Assembly: GCA_965649765.1 (NCBI GenBank)
Contig: OZ287752.1
Span: forward strand, 31,062,001-31,126,000
DNA: 64,000 bases
Direction of reading: 5' to 3'
Source: Bispira polyomma
Taxonomy: Eukaryota
Shown here piece after piece: positions 25,829-39,169 of the stretch; position 1 is the first letter of the stretch; every line of letters begins with the position of its first letter. The position numbers and the translations under genes were made by a program. The notes beneath the pieces were generated by a model. That model did not search any database. It was not told the DNA's origin and saw nothing but the letters and a program-made list of their open reading frames with translations.

Positions 25829-28800
25829 TTAACAACAACTTCTTGATAGAGCATCAGCACAAATGTTATTCTTTCCTTTAACATGCTCTATTTGTAAACT
25901 GTATTCTTGCAAAACCAAACTCCAATTCAATAGACGTCTGTTTTTGTTTTTCATTTTGTACAAGAATACTAAAGGGTTGTGATCTGTGTACACAATAGTT
26001 GGTTTTGATGATGAAGAGATATATATATATCAAAGTGTTTAATGGCTAAAATGAGGGCTAAACATTCCTTGTCTATTGTAGAGTAATTCTTTTGATGTAC
26101 GTTAAATTTTTTTGAAAAATAACAAATGGGATGTTCAATATCTTCATCATCAGTCTGCAGTAAAACTGCACCTGCTCCAACATGTATTGCACTTCTTTTC
26201 TTAATTTTTCAAGTTTAATCGAGTTTACACGATATGGGTGCTGTTTGACCGGAATGGCATTGCCAACATCAACATCATGCATGAGTACATTGGTCCTGTT
26301 AGGGGCATCAAGAAATACTGACTTATACTTCAAGAGTAACTCACTAAGTGGGATTCTCTTATCTGGAGGTACATGATTCAGTTTGGTTTCCAAATCAGCA
26401 AGAATCTCTGAATTACTCAACCTGATTTTACAGTTAACTTCAACATCAGGAGTGTCACCCCATGCTTCATGCTCCTGATTGTTATCATTTTCCACATTAC
26501 AGTCAGTAGCCATGACAGGCTTTGTCACACCCCTTTCAAAGTATGGTTTTACCATATTTACATGACACAGTTGGGTTGACTTCCTTCTGTCCGGGGTTTC
26601 AATGACATAATCCAGATCACCTACTCTTTTTAACACTTTGTAAGGCCCATGATATCTGGCCTGTAACGTGTTCCCCTGGACAGGTAATAGCACTAAAACC
26701 TTGTCTCCCGGTTTAAAAACACGGTTTTGTGACTTTCTATCATAAAGCCTTTTCATTTTTGACTGAGAATGTTTCAAATTTTGTTGCGCTAGCTCACAAG
26801 CCTTTTTCAGCCTACTCCTAAACTTTGAAACATAATCTAACAGGTTTAGGCTCTCAGAGTTCTCAGATAACCAATTTTCTTTCAACAATTTGAGAGGACC
26901 ACGGACTGAATGACCAAACACCAACTCAAAGGGACTAAAGCCTAAAGACTCTTGCACTGATTCCCTAACTGCAAACAATAATAAGTTGATGCCTTCATCC
27001 CAGTCTTTCTCATTGTCTAAGCAATATGTCCTAATCATATTTTTTAAAGTGGAATGGAACCTTTCAAGGGCACCTTGTGATTCTGGGTGATAAGCACTAG
27101 ATTTGATCTGTTTGGCACCTAGCTGAAACACAACTTGCTGAAATAATCCTGACATGAAATTTGACCCTTGATCTGACTGGATCTCCTTTGGTAAGCCAAC
27201 TAAAGTAAAGAAATTGACTAAAGCTTTCGAGATTTTCGGGGCTGTTGTGTTGGTCAAAGGTATGGCTTCAGGGAATCTGGTTGAGGCACACATAATGGTT
27301 AGGAGATATTGGTTTCTGGATTTAGTCTTTGGTAAGGGGCCTACACAATCCATTATCACTTTGCTGAATGGTTCCTCAAATGCTGGAATGGGTTTTAGAG
27401 GAGCTACAGGAATTTTTTGGTTTGGTTTTCCTACAACTTGACAAATGTGACAAGTTTTACAAAATTCTGCCACACAGCGCCGGATTTGAGGCCAGTAGAA
27501 ATGCTTGGATATTTTGCCATAGGTTTTGTTGATGCCTAAATGGCCACCCATTGGAGACTCATGAGCTAACCTCAATACATCATTTTGGTACACTTTTGGT
27601 AATACAATCTGATGAAGTATTGACCAGTTCTCAGAGGTAGGGACACTTGGCGGCCTCCACTTTCGCATAAGCACACCATTTCTGATATAATAGCCTACTG
27701 GGACCTTATCTAGCTCTACTGGTGGTAACACCAATTTGAATAGAGCGGCTAATTCAGGGTCATTTTCCTGCTTTACAATCAATTTTGATTTTGAGAGTGA
27801 TACATCTGGATCATCAAATTGGTCTTGTTTCCCAGAATCTTTCCTACCTTTAGGGTCAATCTCACTATGATTTTGCACATCATGGTCACAGTTGTTTAAG
27901 AATGTATCTGATAAATCAACTAAGACATCTGCAGATTGTTTACAATCTTTTGGTTCTTCTTGGGCTTTTTTAGCCATAGCTCGAGTCACAGCACAGGAGG
28001 GAAAAATACCAGGAATAACCTCTTCTAATTTCTCAGTGCTAACCAAAGTGATCGGCTTAGAAGTAACCTTAGGATCAGCAACCACCTTGCCACCTGCCAA
28101 ATCATTTCCCAACAGCAAAGACACCCCTTTAATGGGTAAAGTGGGCCTGGTACCCACCACAACAGAACCAGTAACTAAGTCTGATACTAAGTTGACCTTA
28201 TGTAAGGGAATGTTTACACAACCTCCTTCAATACCTTGAGCAATAATACTCTCACCAGTAGAAGTGCTTACACTCAGTGGCAATACACCTTCTAAAAGTA
28301 GTGACTGAGTAGCACCAGTGTCTCTTAGTATCCTAATGGGAACTTGACTGGAACTACTTTCTAAGGACACAAAACCCTCAGACACAAAAGGTTTGAACTC
28401 ATCCCTAATCTCAGACTTGTCTAAACCAATACTAGATTCTGCTCTATTGGGATTTGAACGCCAATTAGATTTGCTAGAAATAAAAGCATTAGGTGTTGCC
28501 TCCTTTTCTCTCCTTTTCTTAAGGAGCCAACAGTCAGACATAACATGCCCAGGTTTTTTACAGTAATGGCACACAGGAGCAAAGGACCTAGGTTTCCTAT
28601 CCTTACTCATTGTCTGATTTGTTGTTTGAAACTTATCGGAACTCTTTTCTGGAGCTACATTTTCGAATTTCTTTCCTATTTCAGGATAAAACTTCTTTGT
28701 GGGACCAGAGGATTTACTCTTGTTAAAAGTGAACTTGTGAGTCAGCGCATAATCATCAGCATAAGCTACTGCTTTTTGCAAATTTTCTACTTTCTGTTCA

Positions 28801-29864
28801 TCCAGATAGGTTTTAATGTCATCACGAACACCCCTTTTGAACTCCTCAATTAAAATGACTTGCCTAAGCTTTTCAAAGTCTGTACCAACTTCTCTAGAAT
28901 TACACCATCTGTCAAAGTACACTTCTTTTTCATGGGCAAATTCAACATAAGTTTGATTTTCTTGCTTACGATAATTTCTGAATTTTTGACGATATGCTTC
29001 TGGTACCAACTCATATGCTTTCAAGATAGCATTTTTCACACAGTCATAATCTCTACATTCAGAAATTGGCAAAGCTGTATATGCCTCTTGGGTTTTGCCT
29101 TTGAAAACACTTTGCAGCAATAAAGGCCATTGGTTTGTGGACCATTTCAAATTTTGAGCCACTCGTTCAAAGTGTTGAAAATATTTATCAACTTCGGACT
29201 CGTTGAAAGGTGGTACCAGTCGCATATTTTTACCCAAATCAAATTTGGTTGCCATGGACTCTTCATGGGCAATTCGGCGAGCATTGAGTTCCAAAGCCTT
29301 CATTTCCCTTTCATGTTTAAGTTCAAGCTCTTTTTCAAATTTTTGAGCTTCGAGCTCTTCTTTTCGCCTTTGAGCCTCAAGCTCAAGCTCTTCTTTTCGC
29401 CTTTGAGCCTCAAGCTCTTCTTTTCTCCTTTGAGCCTCAAGCTCAAGCTCTTCTTTTCGCCTTTGAGCCTCAAGCTCTTCTTTTCTCCTTTGAGCCTCAA
29501 GCTCTTCTTTTCGCCTTTGAGCTTCGAGCTCTTCTTTTCACCTTTGAGCTTCGAGCTCTTCTTTTCTCTGTTGTTGCTGAGCTTCAAGCTCTTTAAGTTT
29601 TAGCTCTCTTTCAATTTCTAATCGCCTGATCTCAAATTGCCCAGAAGGTTCCATTGGCAGAGGTTCATACACTTCTAAACAACTATCATGCAAAAGGTCT
29701 TCATCAACTAACTGTTCAACAATAAGCCTTTTAAGTTCATGTTTACGTGTTGACTTTTTCACATCTAACTGTAATTCCTGTGTTATCTGCATTAACATAT
29801 CTTTTTTAAAAGTTTCTAGAACCTCAATAGATGGTGACTGTATAAACTCTTTAGCACTAGCCAT
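25829..29864 (-). pseudogene. Gag-Pol polyprotein (Gag with CCHC knuckle, protease, integrase, RT N-terminus, out-of-frame RNase H)
   Basis: CHYCKKPGHVMSDC; LRDTGA; HHCC plus DCVG/SDQG/LERFH; PVKQHPYR; then GAVLLQ..PICYFSKK..YTDHNPL..ADALSR. In-frame TGA at 29538-29540; RT core absent. Confidence 0.92.
29340..29565 (-). repeat. Coding tandem repeat (21/27-bp units, KEELE(LE)AQRR) in the gag coiled coil
   Basis: Repeated CCTTTGAGCCTCAAGCTCTTCTTTTC units. Confidence 0.9.
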
Positions 29865-29950
29865 TTTGAGCACTGTTGACTGTAATATATTTTTCAACAA
29901 AATAAATGATTTTTCAAAAAGCTATAAAAATAGTTAGATCAAATGGTTAG

Positions 29951-29968
29951 ATCCCGGACGAGCCCCCA
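29951..29968 (-). other. Primer binding site complementary to tRNA-Pro
   Basis: TGGGGGCTCGTCCGGGAT, 7 nt downstream of the 5' LTR; the canonical tRNA-Pro PBS sequence. Confidence 0.9.
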
Positions 29969-29975
29969 ATTTTCC

Positions 29976-30787
29976 TGTTACGGTGACGGGAGCAAGCGCG
30001 GTAGCAATTACCGGTTGCTTTGAGGTTGTAACAGGAAAAGACAAAAAGTTTCACTTAACAAATTTATTTAACAAATAAAATAACAACTACAGAATTACAG
30101 AATTATAAAATTACAAAATTACAAAATTACAGTCAACTAAGATACCCTTAATAGCTCACACAATAATATAATAATGAAATCAATCTGACCTGACCACAGT
30201 CCTGTCCACTTAAATAACAATTAAACCAGTTTGTCCACTGTATCCAGCAATCTGTCTTGAGATCCGCTCAATGTCCACACAATGCCTGGATCCTGTTATC
30301 TGTTCAGCGTCCACGCACACAAAATGTATATATCCAGAGAATCTGCACAACTAAGCTATCCAGTCCAGGATGCAAACAATATCCAATATGCAGTAAATCC
30401 AATCTCTGGTAGATCCACAACTTTTATCTAGTTCACTCCAATGAGTTCACCACAAAATGTATATAACAAACAGTATAGTAGTTCATATAGCATTCATATA
30501 GCACCTCAGCTCAATTAAATCTCTTCTGTGGCCAGGCTGTCAACCCTTATATATACCACTGCTAGAGAAGGTTGCTAGAATGTGTAAGCAATCGCTAGGA
30601 CATTCCAGAGATGAGATATACATATGAATACAACTTTAATAACCTTCAGAAATAAAATAGAACCGGTTTCTAGAAGCTTAGGGGTTTCCCCAAATCTATA
30701 AATAGATCACTCCAGCAGAGTGTAAAACCATTAGTACTAACTAGACCGGTTTTTCTTCAACACACCACAATGTCCCCATATGTAACA
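29976..30787 (-). repeat. 5' LTR
   Basis: Direct repeat of 24824-25635, followed on the minus strand by the PBS. Confidence 0.96.
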
Positions 30788-32941
30788 ATAAGTATAACCT
30801 TAACATTTGCATTGTTGTCTAGTATTACTACTATTACTGTCTGTTTACAGTGTATTGACCATTTCTTTTACATAACCTGGCTTCCTTGGAAGATGATCAG
30901 TCCAACATTTGCATTGTTGTCCAGTATTACTACTATTGCTGTAGCTGTCTGTTTACAGTGTATTGACCATTTCTTTTAGACAACCTGACTTTTTTGGGAG
31001 ATGGCCAGTCCAAGTGTGGTAGTTTGGCAAGCCGAAAAATTACTGGGTGAAATACGCACACTAGACAGCAAGTTTTGAAAGTCATGTGACCAGATATGGC
31101 TCCTCAGTAATCAAATTGCACATTTGCAAGTTTGATATGATCGGTATGCAAAAAATGACAATTATGAAAAAAAAAATTATGTTAACACTAGTCTAAGTAT
31201 TTCCTGCTGACAAGGATAAGGTACACAATATGTCAGCCTCTAACAACAGAAAAATGTTGCAAATTAATCCCCCAAAATAGTTGGTAATTGATATATCATT
31301 TTGCTAAATGACAGAATGATAAAGGAGTTTATGGAGAAACTGATTGTAGGTATTGAAATTTTGAGAAGCTGCTTGTCATAAGTATTCAGTATGATGGAAT
31401 TAAATGTGTGAGGTGCTCAGTTGATTAGTTCATTTTAGAATTAGATGTGCTAGTCAGTTACCTGTATCTTAGTAGTTTCGGCTTCACTAATAGTATTTTG
31501 AGCAAGTAATAATTTCGGATATATAATATGGCAGAGATAATTAATTACTTAAAAAAGGCATAAACTCAGTATTGGTATAATTTTTATTACAAACAAAATA
31601 TTAATTATTTCAGGCTTTGGGGTCAAATCGACGTTCATATAGGTACAGTATTCGACTTAGACGTGCAACCTTAGAAGGCGTGAGAATTTTTTGATGAAAA
31701 TGCTCATCACTGTGCGAACAAGCTGGTGAACATCAGAATTACTTCTTCATTACCTGTTATCAATATAAATTATCTGATGCAATGACCATTCATGTATCTG
31801 TGTAAAATACTAAACTACCATGCTGGCTTTGTCAGTGTATTTAATTCAAAACCAGCCACAGAAGAAGACAAAAAAACAGTAATAAGCTATGAAGAGCATT
31901 TAACTTATGTATATTCACTGAATGAGTAACGGACAGTATCTAAAGCAATGTTTCAAATCAAATAAATCAATTATATTTTCTCTGTAGAACAAATTTGTCG
32001 AAGTTAAAAAAACGACCCACATACAACTACTGACCCACTTCATACAGCAGAATCTTTATTATATGAATGTCTATTATCTGATATTATGAGCTTATTATCA
32101 CTCTGCCAAATTTATGTTCTCCTATTGTTTTATAAACAAATGCCTATTATTTTATGAAACATCTATTATCCTAACAAAAGCATCTTGCTCTCCCAACATG
32201 TGCAGAAGATAGACAATGGAGGTTCCATTTGAATCCTCTGTTCAGTGGAATCTTTTGTTGTACTATGGAAGAAATATTCAAAATGTTTCTCTAATTTACA
32301 ATTTAAAAGCAATTCTATTAGAATCAATTCTTTTCACTATTGGCCAGTTTTTAGTTAAAGATTAATATAAATTTTAATTTTCACACTTGGAAATAATTTT
32401 TATTATTAAAGTCACCAAACTAGCCTAAAAATTCCCTGTGAAAATTTCCACGTTACATGTTTATATACAATGTTCCAATTACCTTAATTGAAATTCTACG
32501 TAACAGGGTTGGTATTACCTAAAGTAACTTCTACTTAACTTGTAATTGAACGGATTAGGTTCTACTTAAAGGGGTTTGACTGTATTTAGTTTAATTTTTA
32601 TTACAGTAATGTGTACTTACCTGACAGACATTAGCTGGCCACAACAAACACCAGGAAAATTCTCCGGTCCACAGGCACTGGTTCCCCGATCACCCACCAG
32701 GTGGCGGTGGTGCTCCAGGCGCTCTTGTAGTCACATATGTTTCTCATCTTATTGTTTGATGTGCATTGACATATACCTTTACCTCACTGATTATTCAGTT
32801 GTTTTTCTCTACCAAACTTACTCTGTGTTTTGCAAAAGAAAAAATGTATACATATATATTGTTGTGACTAGCTGATATTAGTGGATGTTTTTTTAATTTT
32901 TAAGCGATTTGTGTGGTTTGTGTTTCTCCACTGACTTTATA

Positions 32942-33420
32942 ATGAATAAACCAAGGTTCAAAACTCCTACTGGTCAGACACAGAGGACATGTGGACACAA
33001 AATGGCCGCTTTAGATAAGCACAACAGTTATGCCAGGTGTAGGAACAAGCACTCGGGGTCTGACTCCTGCGTCCTAAGTCGACCTGGTGACCTTTGTTCT
33101 GTACTGACCCCCGGGTACAAAAAGTGTATGGGAAAGAAAAACAGAGACTGACACTCAAGAGGAACTTTCTCTTACACTGGGTGAAATAGATTCAGCCTTA
33201 GGAGTGTCTATCACTTCTACACAGGTGGCTGCAACAATGACTGCTCCGACCTTCTTGTCGGTGCACACACAACACTTAATTTAAATCAGGCCTATTACTT
33301 CCAGCCAGTTACTAACCAATATTATGTGGAGAGGCCTTTCCAGCCACTTACCACACCACAGCCTGAAGTTCCTACCCCTCATCCAATATTTGAGGAGGTA
33401 AAAACATTGTCATTCCAACA
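32942..33420 (+). mobile_element. DIRS1-type gag N-terminal remnant
   Basis: QRTCGHKMAALDKH..ARCR..GSDSCV..LCSVLT Cys/His pattern resembling invertebrate DIRS ORF1 N-termini; degenerate. Confidence 0.55.
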
Positions 33421-33898
33421 TCACCCACATTATCCACTCAACTGGCTCAAAGTTAAATATAGCCTAAAGTACTCTGGCTGTGTTAGGTAGACCACTTCCC
33501 CCGCCCGGATTATATCTGATAAAACCGAGCTATAATACATAAATTTAAAATTTAGAAAAAAATAAATTATAAGGGAGGGAGTTAAGATTCAGGCAGAAAT
33601 AAAAATAAAATGTTAATGAGGCTACTGTTATTTAAAGTTGGACTGTATATCTAAAATTGTTTAAAATACCTCTTTTTAGAGAGGAAGCGACGGCATCGGA
33701 AGTGCTCCGATTGAGCAAAATACTTTTGAATCATTTACGGCAGTTCTGTGTATGGTTTGATTGCCCAATTAAAATATACTTGACAAGTATTGCAAATAAA
33801 ATATTGCAAATATAACTTTAAGAATGTAGTAAGCACAAACAATTATCATGTTATATCAGTTTGGATATTATTATAGTTGCTTTAACAAAACTTTGTTA

Positions 33899-34425
33899 TA
33901 GCCCAGTCACACCTACACGTGCTATCGTCCCACAACGTACCTAAGCAATATATCTAAAAACGGGGTAGTTTCTTGTCAAAGTGACATCATTTTGACAAAG
34001 GTACAGTCGATTGTGAAGTTTTGTGATGAAGGCTTAGCTGGTAGGATATCACTATCTACTACTACGTAGTGCTACTGTATTGCTACTTACGGCTGCGTTC
34101 TGGTGCGTCATGATGCTTAGTGAAACGTTCCACGACAAATACAGACGACTTGAGATGAATCACTATTTACTGCTACTTACACAGACGAGCAGAGACATCC
34201 TTGAGAAACTGAGAGCTCTGTCAAAATTATTTCAAACAGTTTGAAATTATCGTGGTAGCAGACTAAACAGAGACGTTTCTGGAACGATATCATCCGTGAA
34301 GCAACGTCTGGGAATGAATGCACCAGGGATTTTGCATTACCTTCTACTACGTCTGTACCAGGTTTCTATACAATTGAAAACGTCACACACACATAGCTCC
34401 AGCACGTGTGGGTGTGACTGGGCTT
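33899..34425. mobile_element. PIF/Harbinger-like MITE
   Basis: 24-bp TIR AGCCCAGTCACACC(T/C)ACACGTGCT with one mismatch; TTA on both flanks. Confidence 0.8.
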
Positions 34426-35644
34426 TTAGATATAGATGTTCCTGCAAAGAAATATTCACGGTTTTAATCTTGGTGGGCGTTGATTGGTACCAAGCATGAA
34501 CTGGTCTGTTACCTCTAATTTAAATGTATTTATTAGTACTTCTTAAAGGTAATATATATCTGTGTATGTTATATAATTGTCTGGTCATATATAATACACA
34601 GTTCATATTTTAGTCAATTTTATCAATTTAATAGATGAATTAACGGTTAAATCTACGGACCTTGTATTAATTATGCCTGTGGGTGCGCTCTATGTGCTTG
34701 GCACTCAGGGTCAGTCAGGGATGGCTAATTATAACTTTAATTATTAGTAAATATCGAATGTTATTTGTAGTAGTAGTTGTACTAATTGTTGTAAATGTTG
34801 CTAAGGTGACAGCAAAAGGGTTAAATCATATACTTCCTGTTGTTGGTCAAATACTTAGTCAGTGATCAGTCTGGTCTATTTTAAGACATTGACCCAATCA
34901 TGGTGTAATATACCATAGCTGCACAAATATTGCATCAGCTCTTATTAGGGCAAGGTTGTCATTGAATGGATGTGTGTGGGGTCTATAGCTCTCTGCTTGT
35001 GTAGTTTTAACCCCAAAGGGTCTTGGGTCTCTGATCATATATACCATGCTGTTTTAATCCCATTTTATATTTCATATTGGGTATTTGAGGAGTGCTTTGA
35101 CACACACAGCAATAGCACATCTTTACCCAAAGTACAAAAAGTTTTTTTAGCTTTTTAGTAAATGGTGTATTAGCGCCATTCATTTTTATTGAGCCATAAG
35201 GACATGCCTGGTGACAGATCGGCAAAAAAATATGCTTTTTTTTTTTTTTTTTTGATATCAACCCGAATGCAGCCATCCTAGCACATTTAACTAGACTTGA
35301 GAAGCAGTTGATGGAAGTCAAAGCTGACCGACGACGCGATATGTAACTCTTCCTGCACAACACTTCTCCAGGCCAACGCACAGGCGTAGCTACCATTAAT
35401 GCCAGTACACCCAGGCGTACCAATTTAATGACAAGAAAGAAAAAAAAACTAAAAAAAAAATTATCTAAATTTCCGTTTATTCTGTTTGTTTTATTAGTAA
35501 CATAGATTCTTGTTGTTCAATAAAATTTCATTTGGTACTCACCAATAGTTAAACCACAATACTATGTGTTAACACCCCCCCCCCTCCCCCACGAATTTAA
35601 TTTTGTAGGACCAAAATGAACCTAATATGTATATATTTGTATAC

Positions 35645-36545
35645 AGTGTCTTTATCCATTGCAAAAAGGTTGTTTAAAAGCCAATGATTTTAAGATAAAG
35701 GACCAATCTACACTATCAAATGCCTTTTCGAAATCAATAAGAATGATATAACCTGGTATTTGCTTCAAATCTGTGTATGTCATAATATCTTCTATAATTC
35801 TGACATTTTCTTCTATATATCTGTCTTTGACATATCCTACTTGGTAACTTACTGTTAGTTTTGGTAAGACTATTTGCAATCTATTGCTTGTGCCTTTGTA
35901 CGTATTTTACAGTCTCTATTCAAGATTGTAACAGGTCATGAGTTTTGGAGATATCTTTGATCATTATTTTATTACGGCATTAGGTTTAAAGCTCCCCTCA
36001 GCTGATCCTCAGATAGTAATAAATCCATCAGATCTGGCCAAAATAATTTGTAGAATTTGTAGTAAATCCATCAAAGCATGGTGACTTATCATTTTTTAAC
36101 TTCTCTTAAGCATTTTCTATTTCATTCATCCCTAAGGACCTCTTTATCAAAATTACTTCTTGTGAGTGATATGTTATGATATGAATGTGATAGTAGCAGG
36201 AGCGGCGGATGTTGTTAATGTGAGGAAGAAATGAAGAAAAAAGCAATCAATAGTGACACCTAGGTTTTGGATCTGTTCTGAAGGTGTAATCTCATAGCCC
36301 AGTAGTGTGATTGGGAAAAGTTAACTGAGGAATATTTTCAGTGTTCAAAAATCTTTATAAATGTAATTGTGCTCGGATGCGTTTTTAATATTTCTCTTCT
36401 ACAAGTATCATTTCTTTTTAAGTTACTTCTGGTTTGTCTTTTAGTTTTTAATTAAATATATATAGTATGCAGTATTTTTCTCCCTTCTTTCATCCAATGC
36501 GCATTTGTTCTTAGAATGATACCTCCTGCTTTTACATTTTTTTAA
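35645..36545 (-). mobile_element. Degenerate L1/Tx1 ORF2 internal fragment related to the element at 9.4-15.6 kb
   Basis: QVGYVKDRYIEENVRIIEDIM..IDFEKAFDSVDWSF parallels ORF 10422-12095. Confidence 0.8.
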
Positions 36546-36594
36546 GTGTTCCCATTCTGATCACTTTTATTTTTGAGTATGCAATTGAAACTAA

Positions 36595-37100
36595 ACATAC
36601 TTGTCACTTTGGTTCGCTCAAAGCTGGAATATGCATTATGTGTGTGGAATTTCCTTCTTAGAAAAAGACATGAAGGCAGTTGAATTGGTACAATGCATGA
36701 GTGCACGTTTTGTCTGCAAGTACTATGATTGGAGACACAGTGTAATACAGATGTTACAACAACTCGGCTGGGCAACATTAGAGCAGAGAATAACCGAAGC
36801 CAGTCTCGGTTTCTTTCACAAAATTTTAAATGGAACAGTGGCAGTGGGCATAAAAGAGCAGCTGGAGTGGCCATACACCTCCACCAGAAAGAAACACAAT
36901 CTGCAGTATAGAACTATTGATCAAAATGTGATGCCAACAAATGTTCATTCTGCCTATGAACAATACCAGTGTGGACTAACCTCAACAGTGAAATAGTCAA
37001 TAGTGCCTCGTTTAATTAGTTCAAGGCATAACTAAAAATCAATATACACCAATAAATTACCACCACACACTTCCTTCCTGGAAGAGTTACTTTATTAGGA
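36595..37100 (+). mobile_element. LINE (CR1/RTE-X-like) ORF2 3' fragment
   Basis: LVRSKLEYA..VW, ELVQ..ARFV..Y, SV..ML..LGW..LE.R motifs. Confidence 0.65.
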
Positions 37101-37149
37101 GGTTTTACATCAAATTTGAATGTATGTCATGTAAATGTCAGATCAATCA

Positions 37150-37400
37150 GAAACAAGGGTGCTCCTTTTTGTGACTTTGTCCAAACTAACAAGCTTGATG
37201 TTGTCGCTGTCACTGAAACATGACTCAGATCCTCTGACACTGACATTTTTATTAGGGAAATTACGCCACCTGGCTTCAACTTTACCCACCTTCCATGCAC
37301 TGTAAAAGGGGCGGGGAGTGAGAATTTTTATAGGACAAGACATAACAACCCCCTCTAGTATATTCGACTGACTCAAAAACACATTTTAAATTTCCATCTA
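37150..37400 (+). mobile_element. L2/CR1-type endonuclease remnant
   Basis: LDVVAVTET, EITPPGFNF.H.P and a GGGV-like motif, with frameshifts. Confidence 0.5.
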
Positions 37401-39169
37401 AAATGAAATGTCATTTGCGGAGATTCCAATTTTCATATGTATTCATATGGTTTACAAATTTCATTGATATTTTATTACAGTTTGATTATACCCAGCTGAT
37501 CTATGAGTCCACCCATCTGCCTGTATGAGCTGTGTGTCAGTAAATCGTTCTCATCTGCCAGGATCAATAGAACTCAGCCAGAGTCTACTATATCTCCAAT
37601 AATATATATTTATACCATTTCTAAACCAGTCAAGGAGAAAAGTGGATTTTTGGAAATGTGACTATTAAACCATATTCTACTAGACATCATATCTCCATTT
37701 GTTTCCAGAATTTGATAATTACACTATTCACTCCATTATGTTAAAACAGATTTCCAAAAGGGGTTTAACCTATTTTTAACAGTCACATACCATTCTCCTC
37801 CCAACAAAAACAACCTGTTTAAATTGTCAAGTGAATATAGCAGTTGTTTGAGCCAGGTTTTGTAGAATTAGAAAAAATATATTTTCATCCATGATAATTT
37901 TTAAGACTTTTCAAAATATTTAAATATTGACCATATTTAGGCTCCCGTGTATATAATGTTTACAAATATCTTTTCTTTTTTTTATCTGGTTTTCCATTCC
38001 ATATATAGTCAAATAGCAGTACATTAATATTGTTAAGAGTTCTTTCGAGTGTTGGGATAATATAAGCAATTGGCTAATTTTGACAATATCAAGGTTTTTA
38101 CAACAGTCAGCCCACTGGTTGTAAGTTTGAAATATTGGACATGATGTTGAAGTTAATCAATAATGTGAAAATTCCAGTTTATTGATAATAAGTTTGAAAT
38201 ATGCAAGTATGCAGTAAAGACAAGTGATGGTAAAATTTTTTTTATTTTATATACAGGTAAGGATGAAATTGTTAAAACTTCTAAATTAAATGCGAATAGT
38301 GAATACCTCCCTGTAATGGTGAACACCTAAAAATAGAGAACACTTCGCTTTAATGGTGATCACCTACAGATAGTGAATACCTTTCTATGATGAACACATT
38401 TCCTAATTGTGAATTGTACAGTACCTCAAAATAGTGAACCTTTAGTGGCTGGGTTCCTTGGAGTTTAATTTAACGCGATTTTGGGCATCGGCTAAACAAT
38501 AGCTGGAATATAGATTCAATATAAAGAGGGTCATCAATATACATTTAAATAATGCAATAGACTTATTACAGGGACGGTTATTGATCATTTTTATTTCCAA
38601 ATAAAATATGTTGCACAATTAAAGTTTCTTAACCATCACTAGTCAAATAATTCACCCTTTTATCATTACTGAGATCAAATAATTAAACAGTATTTCTCAT
38701 GGTGTGAGTGGACTTCTAAAAATTGTTTATAAGATCTTTACAAAAGATTACAAAAAGGTTACACAAGATTGATCCCATGAAACCCCCCTTTGTACACAAG
38801 ATTGAAACATTATGATTCCAATATCATTTAGATGGCCACCACGCCCACTATTCATGGTAATGATATATTTGACCATAATACGTTTACAGCATGAATCATT
38901 TAATGGCAGCATTTGTTTTGTTAACCTGTTACTTCTAAGCTTATGCCAATAGTCTGTCGTTTTTACACTAAAATACCCAAAACTGTGAGAGTTTTGAGAT
39001 TTTTTATACTTTTTCCTAGTAGAGTTTGTATTGCTATATAAAGTGTTCTTGGAAAACTGGTATACACAGACAGGAATATGACTTTATCATCTGTATATAT
39101 ATATATTTTTATTGCTTTATTAAACAATATTAAACCACTAAAACAACAATTGCCAAAACCCAAAACCTC

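Larger units (their letters stand above)
24824..30787 (-). mobile_element. Gmr1-type Ty3/Gypsy LTR retrotransposon (gag-PR-IN-[RT deleted]-RH), recent insertion
   Basis: Two 812-bp TG...CA LTRs with 2 differences seen; 4-bp TSD ATAA (24820-24823, 30788-30791); PBS and PPT present; integrase precedes RT/RNase H. Confidence 0.95.

Noticed and set aside
29130-29603. 157-aa plus-strand ORF and other short antisense ORFs
   Set aside because: Shadows of coding repeats or TE ORFs on the opposite strand with no recognisable motifs.
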